Below are positions 28,037 through 31,058 of a stretch of DNA of 31,058 nt, one piece after another. Position 1 is the stretch's first letter. Each line of letters opens with the position of its first letter. Location: contig CALKWZ010000080.1 of the NCBI GenBank assembly GCA_938003985.1, positions 1-31,058 of the forward strand. The letters are read 5' to 3'. Below the pieces are notes generated by a model, which was given only the letters and a program-made list of their open reading frames with translations, did not search any database and was not told the origin of the DNA. Source of the stretch: an uncultured Verrucomicrobiota bacterium. GTDB taxonomy: Bacteria; Verrucomicrobiota; Kiritimatiellia; CAIQIC01; Lenti-01. A program made the translations under genes and the position numbers.

Positions 28037-30145
28037 ATGCCAAATCCCGGAAGCTCCAATCCCGCGCAGGACCTCGCCCTCGACCTCCTGCGGCACACCG
28101 GCCGCCACCTGTTCCTGACCGGCAAGGCCGGCACGGGCAAGACCACCTTCCTGCGTTCGCTCAAGGACCGCCTGCCCAAGCAGATGGTCGTGACCGCCCC
28201 CACCGGCGTCGCCGCCATCAATGCCGGCGGCGTCACGCTCCACTCGTTCTTCCAGCTCCCCTTCGGCCCCCTGGCGGACCGCGAAAGCGATCCGCAGCAC
28301 TTCCGCTTTTCCCGCGACAAGCTCGCCCTGATCCGCGGCATGGACCTGCTCGTCATCGACGAAATCAGCATGGTGCGCGCCGATCTCCTCGACGCCGTCG
28401 ACAGCGTCCTCCGCCGCTTCCGCGACCGCCGCAAACCGTTCGGCGGCGTCCAGCTCCTGCTGATCGGCGACCTGCAGCAGCTCGCGCCCGTCGTGAAGGA
28501 CGACGAATGGGAGTTCCTGAAGGACCGCTACGAAACCTCCTACTTCTTCGGCAGCCGCGCCCTGCGCGAAACCGACTACGCCTGCGTCGAACTCACGCAG
28601 GTCTACCGCCAGCAGGACGGCCGCTTCCTCGACCTCCTCAACGCCGTCCGCGAAAACCGCCTCTCCCCGGAAGCGCTCGCCGAGCTCAACCGCCGCCACG
28701 TGCCGGACTTCGCGCCCGCCGACGCCGACGGCTACGTCACCCTCTGCACGCACAACGCGCAGGCCCAGCGCCTCAACGATTCCAAGCTTGCCGCCCTCCC
28801 CGGCCCCGCCGTCCGCTTCGCCGCCGACGTCGCCGGCGATTTCCCCGAATCGTCTTTTCCCGTCGATCCGCAAATCGAACTCAAGGTCGGCGCGCAGGTC
28901 CTGTTCGTCAAGAACGACCCCTCGCCCGACAAGCGCTTCTTCAACGGCAAGCTCGGCCGCGTCGCGGCCTTCGAAAACGGCGTTGTCCGCGTCCGCTGCC
29001 CCGGCGACGCGGCCGACATTTCCGTCGCGCCCATGCAGTGGGACAACGTTAAATACACCATCGACCCCGCCACCCACCGCATCGCCGAAACCGTCGAGGG
29101 CACCTTCAAGCAGATCCCCCTCAAGCTTGCCTGGGCCATCACCATCCACAAGAGCCAAGGGCTCACCTTCGAGCGCGCCATCATCGAGGCGGACGCCTCT
29201 TTCGCCCACGGCCAGGTCTACGTCGCCCTCTCCCGCTGCAAGACCCTCGAAGGACTCGTCCTGCGCACGCCGCTGCGCCCGCGCAGCATCATCGCCGACC
29301 CCGCCGTCGCCGACTACGTCCGCCAAACGGCTGGGCGCGCGCCCGACGCCGCCCGCCTCGCCCTCGACCACCTGACCTACCAGCGCGAATTGCTCGTCAG
29401 CCTCTTCAGCTTCCACCGCCTGCGCTACCAGCTCAACGCCCTGCTCGAACTGGCCGACCTCAACCGCGGCAGCGTCCTGCCCGGCCTCGTCGAAACCTTC
29501 GGCCGGTTGCACGACGTCGCCCAAACCGACCTCGTCGCCGTCGGCGAAAAATTCCTCCTGCAGATCGACCGCCTGCTCACCGACCACCCCGACGCCGAAA
29601 CCAATCCCGCCCTCCGCGACCGCCTCCAAAAAGCCAACGGCTATTTCGCGGAAAAACTCCGCAACGGCATCCTCGATCCCCTCGTCGACGCCGACTGCGA
29701 ACTCGACAACCAGGCCCTGCGCCGCCAGCTCCTGAACGCCAAGGAAAAGGCCGAGACCGAAGCGCGCATCAAGCTCGCCGGCATCCAGGCCTGCGCCGAC
29801 GGCTTCGACGTCCAAACCTTTCTTGCCGCCCGCTCCGCCGCGGCGCTCAAAGTGGAGCCCACCCCAAAGTCCCGCCGGAAGAGCAAGACGCCGGCCGCCG
29901 CCATCGATACCTCTGTCGCCCCCGCCAATCCCGTCCTCTTCGAAGCCCTCCGCGCCTGGCGCACCGAACAGGCCGCCGCGCAAAAAGTGCCCGCCTACCA
30001 CCTCTTCTCCCAGAAGACCCTCTACGCCCTCGCCGCCGCCGCCCCGAAAACCGAGGCCGAACTGGCCGGCATCCACGGCATCGGCCCCAAGAAGCTGGAG
30101 CAGTACGGCGAAGCCCTCCTCGACCTCGTCCGCCAAAACGCCTGA
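28037..30145 (+). CDS. Pif1-family (SF1B) DNA helicase with C-terminal HRDC domain
   Basis: Walker A LTGKAGTGKTT. LLVIDEISMV. FGGVQLLLIGDLQQLAPV. SH3-like VLFVKNDPS..RFFNGKLG. WAITIHKSQGLTF, VYVALSRC. C-terminal LFEALRAWRTEQAAAQKVPAYHLFSQKTL..IHGIGPKKLEQYG (HRDC-like). Confidence 0.88.
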   Translation: MPNPGSSNPAQDLALDLLRHTGRHLFLTGKAGTGKTTFLRSLKDRLPKQMVVTAPTGVAAINAGGVTLHSFFQLPFGPLADRESDPQHFRFSRDKLALIRGMDLLVIDEISMVRADLLDAVDSVLRRFRDRRKPFGGVQLLLIGDLQQLAPVVKDDEWEFLKDRYETSYFFGSRALRETDYACVELTQVYRQQDGRFLDLLNAVRENRLSPEALAELNRRHVPDFAPADADGYVTLCTHNAQAQRLNDSKLAALPGPAVRFAADVAGDFPESSFPVDPQIELKVGAQVLFVKNDPSPDKRFFNGKLGRVAAFENGVVRVRCPGDAADISVAPMQWDNVKYTIDPATHRIAETVEGTFKQIPLKLAWAITIHKSQGLTFERAIIEADASFAHGQVYVALSRCKTLEGLVLRTPLRPRSIIADPAVADYVRQTAGRAPDAARLALDHLTYQRELLVSLFSFHRLRYQLNALLELADLNRGSVLPGLVETFGRLHDVAQTDLVAVGEKFLLQIDRLLTDHPDAETNPALRDRLQKANGYFAEKLRNGILDPLVDADCELDNQALRRQLLNAKEKAETEARIKLAGIQACADGFDVQTFLAARSAAALKVEPTPKSRRKSKTPAAAIDTSVAPANPVLFEALRAWRTEQAAAQKVPAYHLFSQKTLYALAAAAPKTEAELAGIHGIGPKKLEQYGEALLDLVRQNA

Positions 30146-30181
30146 GCAGGTGCCCCCCGCTCAGCAACCGCGCCGCAAGAC

Positions 30182-30853
30182 CTATCCGCCCAACGCAATC
30201 GCGACGGCGACCAGCGCCACGCCCAGCCCCATCATTCCCGCACCCGCCACCCAGCGGTTGACGCCGGTGAACCGTGCCCAGTAAAAACCGCAGAAAAACA
30301 GCAGACCGACCAAGATCCCGTTGGAAACGCGCAACGCCCGCCACGGATCGTCCATGAAGAGAAACGGCACGACGGCCGGAAACGACGTCAAGACCACGAG
30401 CCATCCGCTGGCGAACGCGCCCAGCCAATCTTCCCGTCCGATGCGGATCCGAACCGGCTGCGCACGAGCGGAAATCGTCCATAGGCTTCGGTAGAAGGCG
30501 CGTCGTTCCTCCGGAGTGGCGAGCGTCGCCAAGGGGGCGTCGAGTTCCCCGCCGATGGCGCGCAGGGCCGTCTCTTCGTCTTGAACGTTTCTCAAGGCCA
30601 GCAGCATGCGGTTGCGCCGTCCGCGGTCGAGCAGGCAGCCCATCAGGTACATCGCGCCGTCGATGATGCCCCACGCGAGGTTGCATCCGAGCGCCGCGGC
30701 CAGCAAGGCGCGGTAGGCCCCGGGCCCTTCGTCCACGACGATTCCCGCACCCAGGGTGAACGTCAGCACCATGATCAGCCCGAACAGGATTTCCCCGAAG
30801 ATCGCGCCGGGATCGAGGTGCGCCGCGAAGAATCCCTTGTTGCGCTCGGACAT
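30182..30853 (-). CDS. VIT1/CCC1-family membrane protein
   Basis: 223 aa. N-terminal TM region IFGEILFGLIMVLTFTLG, a central soluble segment, and C-terminal TM helices GILVGLLFFCGFYWA and MMGLGVALVAVAIALGG. The assignment rests on architecture and weak motif memory. Confidence 0.6.
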   Translation of the reverse strand: MSERNKGFFAAHLDPGAIFGEILFGLIMVLTFTLGAGIVVDEGPGAYRALLAAALGCNLAWGIIDGAMYLMGCLLDRGRRNRMLLALRNVQDEETALRAIGGELDAPLATLATPEERRAFYRSLWTISARAQPVRIRIGREDWLGAFASGWLVVLTSFPAVVPFLFMDDPWRALRVSNGILVGLLFFCGFYWARFTGVNRWVAGAGMMGLGVALVAVAIALGG

Positions 30854-30878
30854 GGCGAACGGTTCCCCGCGCGGCGCT

Positions 30879-31058
30879 TCAGGCGTTTTCGGGCGGATGG
30901 GGAATGCGGTACACGATGGCGTAGTTGACGGGAATGACGACCATCGTCAGCACCGTGGCGAACGTCAGCCCGCACATGATCGTGACGGCCATCGCGGCGT
31001 AGAACGCGTCCGTCACCAGCGGCAGCATGCCCAGCACCGTCGTCAGCGCCGCCAGCGC
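30879..31058 (-). CDS. RND (AcrB/HAE1-type) efflux permease, C-terminal 59 aa (5' part beyond window edge)
   Basis: Reverse-complement frame from 31058: ALAALTTVLGMLPLVTDAFYAAMAVTIMCGLTFATVLTMVVIPVNYAIVYRIPHPPENA, stop TGA at 30879-30881. This is the typical last TM helices of RND pumps (GL..AT.LTL..IPV.Y). Confidence 0.72.
   Translation of the reverse strand, partial: ALAALTTVLGMLPLVTDAFYAAMAVTIMCGLTFATVLTMVVIPVNYAIVYRIPHPPENA

Noticed and set aside
27710-30136. 808-aa minus-strand ORF opposite the helicase
   Set aside because: It is a shadow of the Pif1-family helicase frame, which has complete SF1B motifs. Only its last 87 codons (27710..27973) lie in non-coding DNA; these are listed separately at low confidence.

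Overview
High-GC bacterial chromosomal window (taxon not determinable from sequence alone), densely coding. Many long ORFs in the six-frame track are Arg/Gly/Ala/Pro-rich compositional shadows of real genes; I called genes only where the translation shows recognisable family motifs. Left to right. Minus strand: a secreted thrombospondin-type-3 Ca-binding repeat protein (runs off the left edge and is absent from the track), tpx, rsmE, an outer-membrane beta-barrel protein and a secreted vWA protein. Next comes a 13.7-kb co-directional plus-strand metalloid/phosphate island (5030-18719). Operon A is arsR, a COG0701/ArsP-type permease, a small CPKC thioredoxin-like protein, a membrane-anchored thioredoxin, a CcdA/DsbD-like membrane protein and a secreted CxxC protein. 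Operon B is arsR-hgcA-hgcB-arsC-acr3, with the first four genes joined by 4-nt stop/start overlaps. Three tandem Na/Pi-cotransporter+PhoU paralogs follow, the first carrying an N-terminal PstS-like phosphate-binding domain. After that: a minus-strand lower mevalonate pathway cluster (two MVK-like GHMP kinases plus diphosphomevalonate decarboxylase) and a DUF721/DciA-like gene. An AT-rich array of four 31/32-bp palindromic repeats is followed by a ~180-nt rod-like hairpin. One uninterrupted ORF then fuses an ABC solute-binding protein, a TM anchor and a MalF/UgpA-type permease, with a 90-nt AT-rich hairpin in frame in the linker. The window ends with brnT/brnA, rsgA coupled to an RNHCP-domain gene, an AT-rich hexamer-periodic inverted repeat, a Pif1-family helicase with HRDC tail, a VIT-family protein and the C-terminus of an RND pump. 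The most notable observation is the mercury-methylation pair hgcAB embedded by translational coupling inside an arsenic resistance operon, with a cap-helix variant and a doubled vicinal-cysteine tail. All family assignments come from motif recognition by eye; no database search was run.
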